Shown here one piece after another: positions 9,454 through 19,584 of a stretch of DNA of 64,000 bases. The stretch is taken from IMG/VR virus record IMGVR_UViG_3300002514_008521, positions 1-64,000 of that record; one strand, written 5' to 3'. Below the pieces are notes generated by a model that ran no database searches, had not been told where the DNA came from, and saw only the letters and a list, made by a program, of their open reading frames with translations. Source of the stretch: a virus. Lineage: Duplodnaviria > Caudoviricetes. The translations under genes were made by a program, and so were the position numbers. Every line of letters starts with the position of its first letter. Position 1 is the stretch's first letter.

Positions 9454-11313
9454 CTATGATGCATGCCCAATAATATCAAAATCAGGATATTTCATTTCAA
9501 ATATTGCGCCAGAGGGGGGGATTATAAGGCCCCTTCGACTGTTGCTCTTAATATCGAATGAATAGTCACTATACCTACGATCCTCATTATCCTTATATAA
9601 ATTAAAGACAACGGGTTGTTTAGCTAGTGCTATAACACCCTCAGTGTTGATAATAATATTTGTTATGTCCGCGTTTATTATTGGTTGCCCTATTTGAAAA
9701 TTCTCAAGTGACATAAGTTCTGTCAAATTATTGATCACCCCTTGAATGACTGCATTTTTGTTTGCCGTGGGGTGGGTTACGATAAAAAACTCTATCCCAA
9801 TATTTATTACCGGTGCATCAACAATATCAACGGCATCAGAAATAAGGCGAAATTCGTTTAGATATTTTCTAAGGTTTTTCTTTAATGCGTCAGGTGCTAT
9901 AATTAGATTTGCATCTGAATCCATGCAGATGAGATGCATTATCGCAGCCATAGGATTATTGGGATTATTTGAAATTGAAGCGCGGTAAACTCTTCCATAG
10001 TTCGCTGGCATGGTGTACACTCTTGCTAAAAGATCTTGTGCACTGACAATCCTCGACTGCATCTGTTTCATTGCCGGCACTTTCGCCTTTAATTCCTCTA
10101 GTGTAGGTGCTTCCGTACCGCCACCCGTAGGCGACGAATTTGTGACCTCTATCGTCTGTCTTAACATTTCGACCTCAGATGCAGATAACTTTCCAGGAAA
10201 GCGTATGTTCAACACGTTAATGGATTCTATTGAGTTAACTGCCAGGTTGTGAGAAATACCTCCCCCATGCCGATATCTTACAGAAATTACAGTATTTTTT
10301 GGAGCTATACCCAGTGTTTGTGTCCCTAAAATGTCATTGGGATCTATTGAGAATCGAGGAAATGTTTTCTTTCCATAAAGAGGTAATGATAACTCACTAG
10401 GATCTGGTATTATGTCATTGTCTAAGACGTTTTCATCTCCAGAACCAAATTGTATTGAGGTTAGCCTTGTTGATGGATCTACCAAATTTAAAAACCTATA
10501 TGGCGCTGGAATTATCTCCATATGGGTTTCAACCAGGTGATTATCATCATCTAAGTTTGGTGTACCACCAAATACAACATTCTGCGTTAACGATGAGACC
10601 TCATAATACTTGTTTCTATTAGCATCACTTACCTCCATTATCTCAGTAATATCCGTATTTGACAGTGTTATCTGTCTAAATGGTTCATGAATGTCTGATA
10701 TTATAAATTGTTCTGTTGTCTCTTCACCAGAAACAATCGTTCCCTCTAGAGATACTATATAATAGAATGGGTTTGCGGCACCTGTGGCATTTACACTAGA
10801 CACAAAAATTTCAACACTGGCCAATAGCTCATCTGCTGGGGACGTCTTCGTAAAGTCCAGTTCTTCTATCAGATTATATATGACGCCGGAAGATGAACTA
10901 AACGTCGTGCCCAAGCCTATTATCGGTAAAAATCTTCTATCAGGAACACTTTCACCCTGCACTGTCGTAGCTGGAACCTTTATAGACACTTTCATGGTTC
11001 CCACCGCAGGTGACACTGTTGTAATGGGTACCCCGGCTTCTCGTAAGTGACGAAGGATATTTACATGTTCGATTGCAGTAGATGGAAAAAGCTCATTGAA
11101 CTGATGGTCTAAATAAAATGACATTGAATCGCCAATAAACGCAGCCATATCAACGAATAGGCCCCCTAATGAGGCCTCAGAAAAATCCTGAATCTTGTCA
11201 GGAAAATACGTCCGTGCATAGGATATAAGTTCTTTTCGAAATGAATCAAAGTCTCTTGCGAGGTATGACTTGTTTCTTACTTTCTTTAATTGTTTCTGTA
11301 TATCTTTTGGCAT
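9454..11313 (-). CDS. Baseplate wedge protein, T4 gp6 / baseplate J-like
   Basis: N-terminal SYLARDFDSFRKELISYARTYFPD...GGLFVDMAAFIGDSMSFYLD and C-terminal TGGGTEAPTLEELK...RIVSAQDL are typical gp6/J motifs. Confidence 0.85.
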   Translation of the reverse strand: MPKDIQKQLKKVRNKSYLARDFDSFRKELISYARTYFPDKIQDFSEASLGGLFVDMAAFIGDSMSFYLDHQFNELFPSTAIEHVNILRHLREAGVPITTVSPAVGTMKVSIKVPATTVQGESVPDRRFLPIIGLGTTFSSSSGVIYNLIEELDFTKTSPADELLASVEIFVSSVNATGAANPFYYIVSLEGTIVSGEETTEQFIISDIHEPFRQITLSNTDITEIMEVSDANRNKYYEVSSLTQNVVFGGTPNLDDDNHLVETHMEIIPAPYRFLNLVDPSTRLTSIQFGSGDENVLDNDIIPDPSELSLPLYGKKTFPRFSIDPNDILGTQTLGIAPKNTVISVRYRHGGGISHNLAVNSIESINVLNIRFPGKLSASEVEMLRQTIEVTNSSPTGGGTEAPTLEELKAKVPAMKQMQSRIVSAQDLLARVYTMPANYGRVYRASISNNPNNPMAAIMHLICMDSDANLIIAPDALKKNLRKYLNEFRLISDAVDIVDAPVINIGIEFFIVTHPTANKNAVIQGVINNLTELMSLENFQIGQPIINADITNIIINTEGVIALAKQPVVFNLYKDNEDRRYSDYSFDIKSNSRRGLIIPPSGAIFEMKYPDFDIIGHAS

Positions 11314-11315
11314 GT

Positions 11316-11810
11316 TTATCCTATAGTATCTATGATTACCTCAATCGCGCCTGTTTCATCACCATAGCCCTCAACGGTAAATGTAACCTGGACACCGATT
11401 TGAATCACCTGCTGGTCTTCATCGGGGCCACGTCGAAATGTTGAAAAGCCAGATAAGTTTACATATGGCATATATTTTGCTACGGCGTTAGATATTTGTG
11501 TCATTGCCCGGGCATCCGTATCAGAGTTTGTAAGCTCTGTGCTCAACCACTTTAGATTTCCACCGAAATCATACAGCCCTAATCTCTCACCCCAGTTTGT
11601 TAGAATTAAATTTCGTAAATTATCCGACACTTGCCTAAACAAGGTCGTATGCATCTGAAATAAGCCTTGTTCATTCCCAAATTCCACCGGAGTCTTTATC
11701 CCAATTGGAACAACATCGATTGCAGTAGTAACACCGACTTCTTCATTAATATACTCAGCCATGTCCTGGCCTACTGACTTAAAGTCGTATGTCTTTTGGA
11801 TCTGTTTCAT
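11316..11810 (-). CDS. Baseplate wedge subunit, gp25/GPW-like
   Basis: QVSDNLRNLILTNWGERLGLYDFGGNL...ISNAVAKYMPYVNL matches the gp25 family pattern; directly upstream of the gp6-like gene. Confidence 0.85.
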   Translation of the reverse strand: MKQIQKTYDFKSVGQDMAEYINEEVGVTTAIDVVPIGIKTPVEFGNEQGLFQMHTTLFRQVSDNLRNLILTNWGERLGLYDFGGNLKWLSTELTNSDTDARAMTQISNAVAKYMPYVNLSGFSTFRRGPDEDQQVIQIGVQVTFTVEGYGDETGAIEVIIDTIG

Positions 11811-11923
11811 CTATCTTTTACTCCAGCACACATGGATAAATATGTCCGTGATTAATTCTATACTGAAGTAAATTATAAGATAATTACAAAAATAATATAT
11901 GGTGTTTATCAGGTTGGTGAAAA

Positions 11924-13180
11924 CTAGTCGGCAGGAGCTGGCATAATTGTGGGTTGAACAAACCCAAAACGAATGTCTACGACAGGTGTAACAGCTATGC
12001 ACCACCTAAGTATCGCTCGTGACATAGCATTATCCGCGGCTGTGGATGTCTTAAAAGATCCAGGCCCTATTGATAGTGGTCCTACGTATGGTGGTGGAAT
12101 TTTTGGTGGAACACTAAAAATCATATTGCTACCCTGGGTCATTTTGGATAGGAGATGGGTCTCTACATCTGACTGAATTGCATTCAGAAGCTTAACATGC
12201 CATGCACGAATGGTGCTAACATACGTACTGATGTCTGCGTCTGAAAGCGTTCGAGCACCGTTAGCATCTACAGCAGATTCCCATGTTGTTATCGTCTCTC
12301 TCTCCGTCTCGGTAGCTCCCCCGGCCTGATATAATCCTAGGCTCTTTAAAATTTCTTCTACCTTTGTTGACAAGGGTGCAACAAAGCCCATGGGCTTAAA
12401 TGGTTGGAGACCATATGCTATTTTAAGCTCCGGAAAAACTGTTTCTTGAATTGCCAAAACCCACCTCGTCTCAAGTACTTCCATCGTGGTAGGATATGCC
12501 TCACCATTCATATCAGCACCTGCCGATTGATGATGATGGGGCTCAGCATCTATAAAATCATAAAGTGGGGGTGTTGATGAATCACCGGAAGGTACAGTGC
12601 CACCAGCCTTGATAATACTGTCACTTACTACCTTATTAATATCTTCAAAGATTACTTCAGAATTAAAGTCAGAAGAGCCAGAAACTGCGTCGCCTATTAT
12701 TGGCCCAGCAAGCTTCATAAGCTCTATATAATCAATGACATCTGTATTTTTCTGGACTGCGGTTTCATATATACCGCGGATTGCCTTGTAAAGAGGCAAG
12801 TTTAATATTGACTCAAGAGGTATTTTACCTACAGATGGTGGCTCAATCTGATTGTCGTCTGCATCAAATTTTTCAGTTGCCCAATACGCAGAGATAAAAG
12901 GCGACGTAGCACCGGTAACTGCTGACGCCCTGGTCAACAAATATGCTAACACTGGACCATATGTGCCGGGATCAGCTGCAACCTGAGCATCTTGTATTGT
13001 TAGGATACCACTTACATAATTTATAGAATCCTCGGAATCAGGATTATAAAAGTGGTTTAAGTTTTTTGCTACAAGATTTACATACTGTTTCCTAAAGCTA
13101 GGATCAGGTCCATAAGCATTAGAAAAAACTGGGTTCGAATCATCTTGAATTAAAGATAAAAGATCGGGAAGAGACGACAT
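11924..13180 (-). CDS. Hypothetical protein (418 aa) between spike and gp25
   Basis: Long ORF 8 nt downstream of the spike gene; no family recognised. Confidence 0.55.
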   Translation of the reverse strand: MSSLPDLLSLIQDDSNPVFSNAYGPDPSFRKQYVNLVAKNLNHFYNPDSEDSINYVSGILTIQDAQVAADPGTYGPVLAYLLTRASAVTGATSPFISAYWATEKFDADDNQIEPPSVGKIPLESILNLPLYKAIRGIYETAVQKNTDVIDYIELMKLAGPIIGDAVSGSSDFNSEVIFEDINKVVSDSIIKAGGTVPSGDSSTPPLYDFIDAEPHHHQSAGADMNGEAYPTTMEVLETRWVLAIQETVFPELKIAYGLQPFKPMGFVAPLSTKVEEILKSLGLYQAGGATETERETITTWESAVDANGARTLSDADISTYVSTIRAWHVKLLNAIQSDVETHLLSKMTQGSNMIFSVPPKIPPPYVGPLSIGPGSFKTSTAADNAMSRAILRWCIAVTPVVDIRFGFVQPTIMPAPAD

Positions 13181-13188
13181 GATAAAAA

Positions 13189-14823
13189 TTAACCGCCCTT
13201 GTCAGAGATATATCCCACCTTGCTTAAAAATTTGGGCAATTTAGATTTCAAGGTTGAACATGCCTTATTTAAGGGTTGAACTGGACTTCCGTGGCTGTCG
13301 ACGGATACACCGGCCGTAGAACAAAATTCCAGGAGCATGTCATGTAAAGCCTTACCCAACACCAATGGCTCGGTGGCCGACTTTTGTGGATCACCTAAAT
13401 ATATTTGGTCATCTCTACCATCACCTATTAATATTTTCTTGGCATCAATACCCAAAGTACCATCACTTAGTAGTGTTATAACACACTGGCTATCACCTGG
13501 TGTGCCTTCTTTTACAATTCGAACGCTTCCGGACTTTCGGCCGATTATCCTAACCTCGTCCGACTTTGTAACAACAAAAGGTTTAAAGCCGGCTTCCAGG
13601 GCGCTTCCGGCCCAGTCACCTTCAGGGTATGCCAAACCAAAGCGCTGATCGCCGTCAAGTTTCATTGAAATATTAATTCTGCTCAGATCATACTCAAAAT
13701 CCGGATCGCCTTCTCTAGGATTTGCTGAGATATTGCTGGGGCCGGATTGTTGAGGATTTAATGGCGCAAAATTTATAGGATTTTTCTCGGTCTCATCATA
13801 TCCTCTAAAGTTTGAACTCTTTCCGGCGGAAGTGCCAACCTCCTGGCCACGTCCGGCTACAATGTCTATAGCACCGGTTGATAAGGCGTCTTCGAGTTGC
13901 CACTTAGAGGGGGGTGAAGCACCTTCATCAGTTATCGTGCTGTTTAGCTCCGTGGGGAGTTGGCCCTGTCTTAAAATTGAGCCAGGTGTACCGGGGGTAG
14001 CATTTGATAAATTTGCCACTTCAGGAATATAAAACATAGCCTTGTTGCTAGCTAGCGAATTCTCATCACTACCTGCATAGGGCACCCCTTTAAATTTATC
14101 AATTTGTGGAGCGGATGCTTCGTCGGCCGCGCTGTAACCACGGGATTGGCCCAAACAGATAAGTGTGTTATTGGAACCTTGCAAAGTGAGATCGCCCGGG
14201 CGGGGTGTGAAACGAGGGACAGACTCAAAAGTTGTTGCTCTGGATGCCAAAGAGCCGGTGAATATTTGATCATACCGTTCGACCGGGGAAACGGGCATTG
14301 AACTTTGTGTATTTCCCCCATTTGGAAATTCATGAAACTTTGGATAGGGTGGTTCCATCTTTACGTTCGATTCCATCATCTGGCGATCTAAATGAGTATA
14401 ATTTATATCATCAACAAAGTTCGGGGCGTGAACCCTGCATACCCAGTACGCAATATCATTAATGTTATTGGGATCCGGATCAAATATCCACACAATTTCC
14501 CCAGCTTTGATGGGAAGCATAAGGTGGGGCGGAAACATAGGATATACACACATCATGTCGCTTGTTAGACGTGCGGCCGCACCCTCAGTAATCTGCACAA
14601 GCAAAGAGTTTCTCGGGGCTGCGTCAAATATTTCCTCATTTGATGTCCTGTCACGATATGATAATCGCCTTGCTGGGCTGAGTGCTGACGGATCATACAT
14701 CACCTCACACACGACTGCCTTCGTAAATATTAGCGAAGGTACACCATCTGCGGGTGAGGGATTTTCCCTAAGGGCTACCTGCCCTAGAAAAGCCCCCACA
14801 GGATCTTGTGCAAAGATAGACAC
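13189..14823 (-). CDS. Baseplate central spike/hub protein (gp5/gpV-like)
   Basis: N-terminal OB-fold-like region (PMFPPHLMLPIKAGEIVWI), GDLTLQGSNNTLICLG, and C-terminal QIYLG...EPLVLGKALHDML typical of spike proteins; synteny with gp25 and gp6. Confidence 0.7.
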   Translation of the reverse strand: MSIFAQDPVGAFLGQVALRENPSPADGVPSLIFTKAVVCEVMYDPSALSPARRLSYRDRTSNEEIFDAAPRNSLLVQITEGAAARLTSDMMCVYPMFPPHLMLPIKAGEIVWIFDPDPNNINDIAYWVCRVHAPNFVDDINYTHLDRQMMESNVKMEPPYPKFHEFPNGGNTQSSMPVSPVERYDQIFTGSLASRATTFESVPRFTPRPGDLTLQGSNNTLICLGQSRGYSAADEASAPQIDKFKGVPYAGSDENSLASNKAMFYIPEVANLSNATPGTPGSILRQGQLPTELNSTITDEGASPPSKWQLEDALSTGAIDIVAGRGQEVGTSAGKSSNFRGYDETEKNPINFAPLNPQQSGPSNISANPREGDPDFEYDLSRINISMKLDGDQRFGLAYPEGDWAGSALEAGFKPFVVTKSDEVRIIGRKSGSVRIVKEGTPGDSQCVITLLSDGTLGIDAKKILIGDGRDDQIYLGDPQKSATEPLVLGKALHDMLLEFCSTAGVSVDSHGSPVQPLNKACSTLKSKLPKFLSKVGYISDKGG

Positions 14824-14825
14824 TA

Positions 14826-15203
14826 TTAGTCACCATTAATCTTTGAAAAAATATCATCTGGATCAACTTTTGTGGCGCGCTCCTCGGATTTGTTTATGAG
14901 CTCTGCCAGCTTAAGGATCTGCTCATTGGAGCGACTCATTCTCTCCAAATACTTTGCCAAGGTAGGTCCTAACGTTATGTGTTCAGTGGTGCCTTGTTGC
15001 ATCTGTTTAAATGCGCTGGTGAATAGCATTCCGGCATTTTCCCTATCTGTAACTGCATTATGGTAAATCTCTTTCCACAGCATCTTCTTTTTGTCTTCGC
15101 TTGACTCAATCGAATCAAGCAAATCTGCGAACCCATCAATTTTAGAATTTATATCAGAAAACTTATCAAGCATGGACGAAATTTTTTCTATATTATCACT
15201 CAT
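14826..15203 (-). CDS. Hypothetical helical protein (125 aa)
   Basis: Overlaps the sigma gene end (ATGA-type coupling); no family recognised with confidence. Confidence 0.6.
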   Translation of the reverse strand: MSDNIEKISSMLDKFSDINSKIDGFADLLDSIESSEDKKKMLWKEIYHNAVTDRENAGMLFTSAFKQMQQGTTEHITLGPTLAKYLERMSRSNEQILKLAELINKSEERATKVDPDDIFSKINGD

Positions 15204-15925
15204 TTATCCTCTCTTAATTTTTCTTTGATTATTTCTTTATAGTGTTTTCTAATGGACGCCATGGCGACTGACAATTGTTTTGGGCTTAGGCCCGATATGT
15301 CTCTTACATAAACAAATATTGCTCTTTTATTCAAGAAATCAAGCTCATCGATATTCTTAAATACCGTATCTATAGCATTAATACACCTGACTTCTTTCTC
15401 GCCCCTTACACGCCCTGCAATCACCTCCAATATATTATATATCTCTTGACGAAAACCACGATTTATTAAAATTTCGTCAGGAGGTGGGGAAAAATCAAAG
15501 TTTGATAAAATTTGTAGATCAATTTTTGACATAGAATCAACATCGCTTAAGCTAGTATGGCGGTATGACGTCTTTTTTAGCTTTCTCGTATGCATAATGA
15601 GCCAGTTTTTTGCAACAACGTTGAAATAAGAAAAAGCCTTTGTACCGCGGCTTGGATCCCATTTATTGAGCGTCTCGTATAAAAAGCTAACACAATCATT
15701 TTTTAGATCCTGATAGCTTTCCATTGGGGTTATAAACCCATATACAAATATCAAGTTCTCAGACAGTTTATCAAAGGCAGGCAAAATATGCTCAACATAT
15801 AACTTCTCTTTTTCTTCTCTAGATTCACAGTTCTGATAGTTTTGAATTGACTCTTGTGTCTGAGGGCTGAAGTATAAGTTTGACTTTCCCTTTTTTCTTT
15901 TTATTTTTTTAATCTTCTTTGTCAA
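15200..15925 (-). CDS. Phage RNA polymerase sigma factor, T4 gp55-like
   Basis: Sigma region 2-like segment YQDLKNDCVSFLYETLNKWDPSRGTKAFSYFNVVAKNWLI; TTG start with GAGGA Shine-Dalgarno. Confidence 0.7.
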   Translation of the reverse strand: MTKKIKKIKRKKGKSNLYFSPQTQESIQNYQNCESREEKEKLYVEHILPAFDKLSENLIFVYGFITPMESYQDLKNDCVSFLYETLNKWDPSRGTKAFSYFNVVAKNWLIMHTRKLKKTSYRHTSLSDVDSMSKIDLQILSNFDFSPPPDEILINRGFRQEIYNILEVIAGRVRGEKEVRCINAIDTVFKNIDELDFLNKRAIFVYVRDISGLSPKQLSVAMASIRKHYKEIIKEKLREDK

Positions 15926-15927
15926 AT

Positions 15928-16230
15928 CTATTCCTCAGTTTCCTCATTTTCATCTTCGTCTATTTTTTCTGGCTTGTTGACCAATATATTAGCAATATAG
16001 AGTACTGAGTCTTGACAGCCCTTTACATCTTTTAAAACCTGTCTTATTTCAGCACTATCATAAAATAGTGGTGTCTGTAAGATTTTAGAGATTGATGCAT
16101 ATCTCTCATCTAATACGTCTAAAGACTCCTCAATCGCATCTTCTACCTTTATTATAATAAGTGCAAACTTTATTAAAAAATAAACTGTTATTGTCAGAAG
16201 AAACAATAATATAACTGTAAGTACCCACAA
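15928..16230 (-). CDS. Small protein with N-terminal transmembrane helix and coiled segment
   Basis: Residues about 2-27 are hydrophobic (WVLTVILLFLLTITVYFLIKFALIII); the only obvious membrane protein next to the glycan island. Confidence 0.6.
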   Translation of the reverse strand: MWVLTVILLFLLTITVYFLIKFALIIIKVEDAIEESLDVLDERYASISKILQTPLFYDSAEIRQVLKDVKGCQDSVLYIANILVNKPEKIDEDENEETEE

Positions 16231-16236
16231 AATTGC

Positions 16237-17400
16237 TTACTCCAAATAGTGCCCTATGGTCTCTTCATAGTTTGCGTTTATTGCTTCTTGCTTATACAGG
16301 GGTACAAGCTTTTCCTTAAGATCTTCAGCCCACTTGGTAGGTGCTGAATTGCCTTTATAAAACTTTCTCAATCTTTTCTTCGCGTCATCTTCGCGCGGTT
16401 CAGCCCACCTGGAACCCTTTATAAAGATAACATTGTCGATACGTGTTGGATCAATATCAACCATATCATATTCTACCCCTATAAACTTTCCCTTTCCGAG
16501 GAAGTCTAGATGTCCAGACCACGAAGTAGCAATAACGGGTAGGCCGGAACATGTTGCCTCAAGTAGAGGAAGACCGTAACCCTCACCCCTTGTTAGCGAT
16601 ACTAGCGCCTTTATCTTGGGATGCCTATACAGGCTAGCCATTTCTTCTTGTGTCATCGTACCATGTAACAGATGGAATTTGGGATATTTTCCTGGACGGA
16701 CCTCTTTTAAAACAGAGCTGAATGTATTCAACGTTACTTGCTTGTCTATCTTTGTGTTACGGCCGCTATTCGTCTTAAGGACAATACCTACGTCCTTATC
16801 ATCCTTAAATTCTTCGCACAACCACTTAAGAGTATAAAACAGGTTCTTTCTATCATTTTTAGGATTATTGCCTGTTAGTTGTCCTACCACTAAAAAGTTA
16901 AAATCCGTGCTTAATTCTAAATCAAGGGATTCTAATTCACCATCAACAATCTGTTCATAAATTGCCTCCGGGACAACATCTAAAGGCTTACTGACATATC
17001 CTGTGTTCTCAAGACAGCGCTTCGCGTGGGTGGAAGGAACAATAACATGATCCATATCATTACATGCGTGGACCCAGCTGCCATTGCACCTGTCAGTCTC
17101 CACAACCGCTGACATTCCAATATTTGTTCTGGCTAGGTTGGGATCCCATTCATTGGGTAGTTGAAGTTGTATGGAAACATCAAACCCTCCTTCAGGAGGG
17201 GGATTTGAACGGCGCATAATTTCACCAATCAAACCATTTTCAAGATCTGGATTAACCATCCAGCTAGTCATTCCCCATGGAACAATACCAACGTGAAGAT
17301 CTATATTTTTTTTAGTTAAAAGATATTTGAAAACCTGTCGTGAGTGGGTACCATATCCTGAATAACTTAAAAGGGGCGCTCTTAAAATAACTTTTTTCAT
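16237..17400 (-). CDS. Glycosyltransferase, GT-B fold (GT4-like)
   Basis: SGYGTHSR N-terminus; SLTRGEGYGLPLLEATCSGLPVIATSWSGHLDF GT4 motif. Confidence 0.9.
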   Translation of the reverse strand: MKKVILRAPLLSYSGYGTHSRQVFKYLLTKKNIDLHVGIVPWGMTSWMVNPDLENGLIGEIMRRSNPPPEGGFDVSIQLQLPNEWDPNLARTNIGMSAVVETDRCNGSWVHACNDMDHVIVPSTHAKRCLENTGYVSKPLDVVPEAIYEQIVDGELESLDLELSTDFNFLVVGQLTGNNPKNDRKNLFYTLKWLCEEFKDDKDVGIVLKTNSGRNTKIDKQVTLNTFSSVLKEVRPGKYPKFHLLHGTMTQEEMASLYRHPKIKALVSLTRGEGYGLPLLEATCSGLPVIATSWSGHLDFLGKGKFIGVEYDMVDIDPTRIDNVIFIKGSRWAEPREDDAKKRLRKFYKGNSAPTKWAEDLKEKLVPLYKQEAINANYEETIGHYLE

Positions 17401-17409
17401 TACTTTTTC

Positions 17410-18651
17410 CTATAGGGTTGTGCAGTTCCATGGCTCATATCTAGATCTCCAATTTTCATGGAGCTCAGTCAAAGTCTCATCCCATCTGGTGACGACATCA
17501 TTCAGATTAAATTCAGAGTCCACATACTCTAACACTTTTTTACTTAACTTTTCTCTTTCGTCAGGAGACAATTCATATAATTTCATTATCCCCTTTGCTG
17601 TCGTCTCATTTGAACAATAATCTTCATAGATATAGGGAACCTGTTGTGAGCCAACGAGACTCTTAAGCTCTACGGGAAGTGCAACGCCATTTTCCGTACC
17701 ATCGCGGTGATCAACAACCTGTCTGGTAAGACCACCGGTTTGCACGGCAATAATTGGGTTTCCTGTCTGCATAGACTCTAGGGTTGAAAGGCCGAAGCCT
17801 TCAGCATAACTTATTTGTATACATGTATCAGTGATGTTGTGAAGGAGATTCATGTGATCAAAGGAGACCCTCTCGGTTGAAAATACAACATTATCCTTTA
17901 TTCCCAACATCTCAACAGCGCTAAGCAGATTAGGGCCCTCTTGGTCCAGTGGATCTGTATGCATTAACAATGTAGCTTTTTTGTGGCCGTGCTGTTCTTC
18001 AAGCATATCAAGAAATAATTTCCATGATTCCAAGACATCATTCGGACGTTTTCGCCTGGCATTCCTATTAACCCATAATGCAACGAAATGGTCAAGTCGC
18101 TCTTTACCCAAAAACTGTTCTCTAAATTTCATTTTTTCGTGTGCCGGTAATGGAAAAAACGTATCTTTGGGTAATGCATGTGGAATAAAATTTGTTCGCT
18201 CTGGTACTATTTCTTTACACATTCGGTATGTCAAGTGAGAATGACAATTAATTAAATCTGTTGACTCATAGAGAACTTTATTAAATTCTGGAACGGGATA
18301 ATTATCCCAAACATGCCAGTACGCAATGGGACATACCTGGTGGATTTCATCTTCCATCTCCCACAACCAAATAAAAAAGCGTGGATCCGTAAATATTAGT
18401 ATTAAATCCGGGCGTTCGGTAGCTAGTGCCAGCCTAATCGTATCCCGATCACCGAATCCATCAATTGGTTTAATAATAAAATCATCATTGACCACAACGG
18501 TTTCGTAATTATCATGTTTAATTGCAGCGCCGAATTGTCTTACGGTCCATTTTCCTGTCTTTATAAGACCCTCTGCAAGATATCTACTCTGACAACCGAC
18601 ACCAGACGTACATAGCGCGTGGTCTGACAATAACAATATTTTCTTCTTCAT
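17410..18651 (-). CDS. Glycosyltransferase, GT-B fold (GT4-like)
   Basis: VNRNARRKRP and AEGFGLSTLESMQTGNPII motifs. Confidence 0.9.
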   Translation of the reverse strand: MKKKILLLSDHALCTSGVGCQSRYLAEGLIKTGKWTVRQFGAAIKHDNYETVVVNDDFIIKPIDGFGDRDTIRLALATERPDLILIFTDPRFFIWLWEMEDEIHQVCPIAYWHVWDNYPVPEFNKVLYESTDLINCHSHLTYRMCKEIVPERTNFIPHALPKDTFFPLPAHEKMKFREQFLGKERLDHFVALWVNRNARRKRPNDVLESWKLFLDMLEEQHGHKKATLLMHTDPLDQEGPNLLSAVEMLGIKDNVVFSTERVSFDHMNLLHNITDTCIQISYAEGFGLSTLESMQTGNPIIAVQTGGLTRQVVDHRDGTENGVALPVELKSLVGSQQVPYIYEDYCSNETTAKGIMKLYELSPDEREKLSKKVLEYVDSEFNLNDVVTRWDETLTELHENWRSRYEPWNCTTL

Positions 18652-18717
18652 TTATACACCATTAAAATCTAGATTAATCATAAATGCCATAATTCATCAG
18701 TTAAATAAATAGAAAAT

Positions 18718-19575
18718 TTATTCAACCACAGCTCGTCCTTTCATTTTTTCCCAATCCCTATTCTCTCTTACCTCGTCATTCTTTTCTCTTACTGCTGAAA
18801 GTACTCTTGGAACAACGTCCATAGATTTCATATGAAAAATGAGTGCGGATATATCTTTCGGAAAACAGTGGCCACCAAACCCATAATGCCCATCGGGACC
18901 GGGAACGGAAAAGTGTGATTTTCCTAAACGGTTGTCATATAAGGCATACTCTGTGACCTTATCATAATCTATCCCTAGCGCTTCACACATTTGATACATT
19001 TCATTTGAAAATGACACCTTCGTTGACAAGAAACAGTTAATAAAATATTTCACCATTTCAGCGTGTGTTGAACTAGTTTTTACAATAGGAATCGTAGGAA
19101 ATGCCTTTCGAAACATTGTTTTCACGCGTGAGGATGATGGTCGCTCACCACCTATTATAATTCTTGACTGATTTTTAAAGTCATCAAATGAATTTGCCTC
19201 AGTCAAAAACTCTGGACTGAATACAACACTGACACAATCCGATGTTGCCTGATTTAATCTTTCAGTCGTGCCAGGAGGTATTGTTGATTTAAGTATTAAT
19301 ATCTTGTTGCTTAATTTATTAGACAAACAAAACGTATCGATACTATTGACAGTGTTCTCTACTAACGTGGTTACACACTCACCGGTTTTTGCCATGGGTG
19401 TGGGTAAACACACAAATATCATGTTTGCTTTTGTGACGAGCTCATTTAAAGATTCACATGTAGAAAGTTCTTTGCGAATATCATATGTCTCTATAGTATA
19501 AAAGGAGCTTAGCCCCTCACGAATTGCTGAGCCTACAAATCCCTGGCCCACAATGCCCACAATGTCATTTTTCAT
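18718..19575 (-). CDS. ugd: UDP-glucose/GDP-mannose 6-dehydrogenase family, short form without the C-terminal domain
   Basis: VGQGFVG Rossmann motif, FVCLPTP, KSTIPPGTT, SPEFL, catalytic GFGGHCFPKD. Confidence 0.85.
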   Translation of the reverse strand: MKNDIVGIVGQGFVGSAIREGLSSFYTIETYDIRKELSTCESLNELVTKANMIFVCLPTPMAKTGECVTTLVENTVNSIDTFCLSNKLSNKILILKSTIPPGTTERLNQATSDCVSVVFSPEFLTEANSFDDFKNQSRIIIGGERPSSSRVKTMFRKAFPTIPIVKTSSTHAEMVKYFINCFLSTKVSFSNEMYQMCEALGIDYDKVTEYALYDNRLGKSHFSVPGPDGHYGFGGHCFPKDISALIFHMKSMDVVPRVLSAVREKNDEVRENRDWEKMKGRAVVE

Positions 19576-19584
19576 TTTTTCTCC

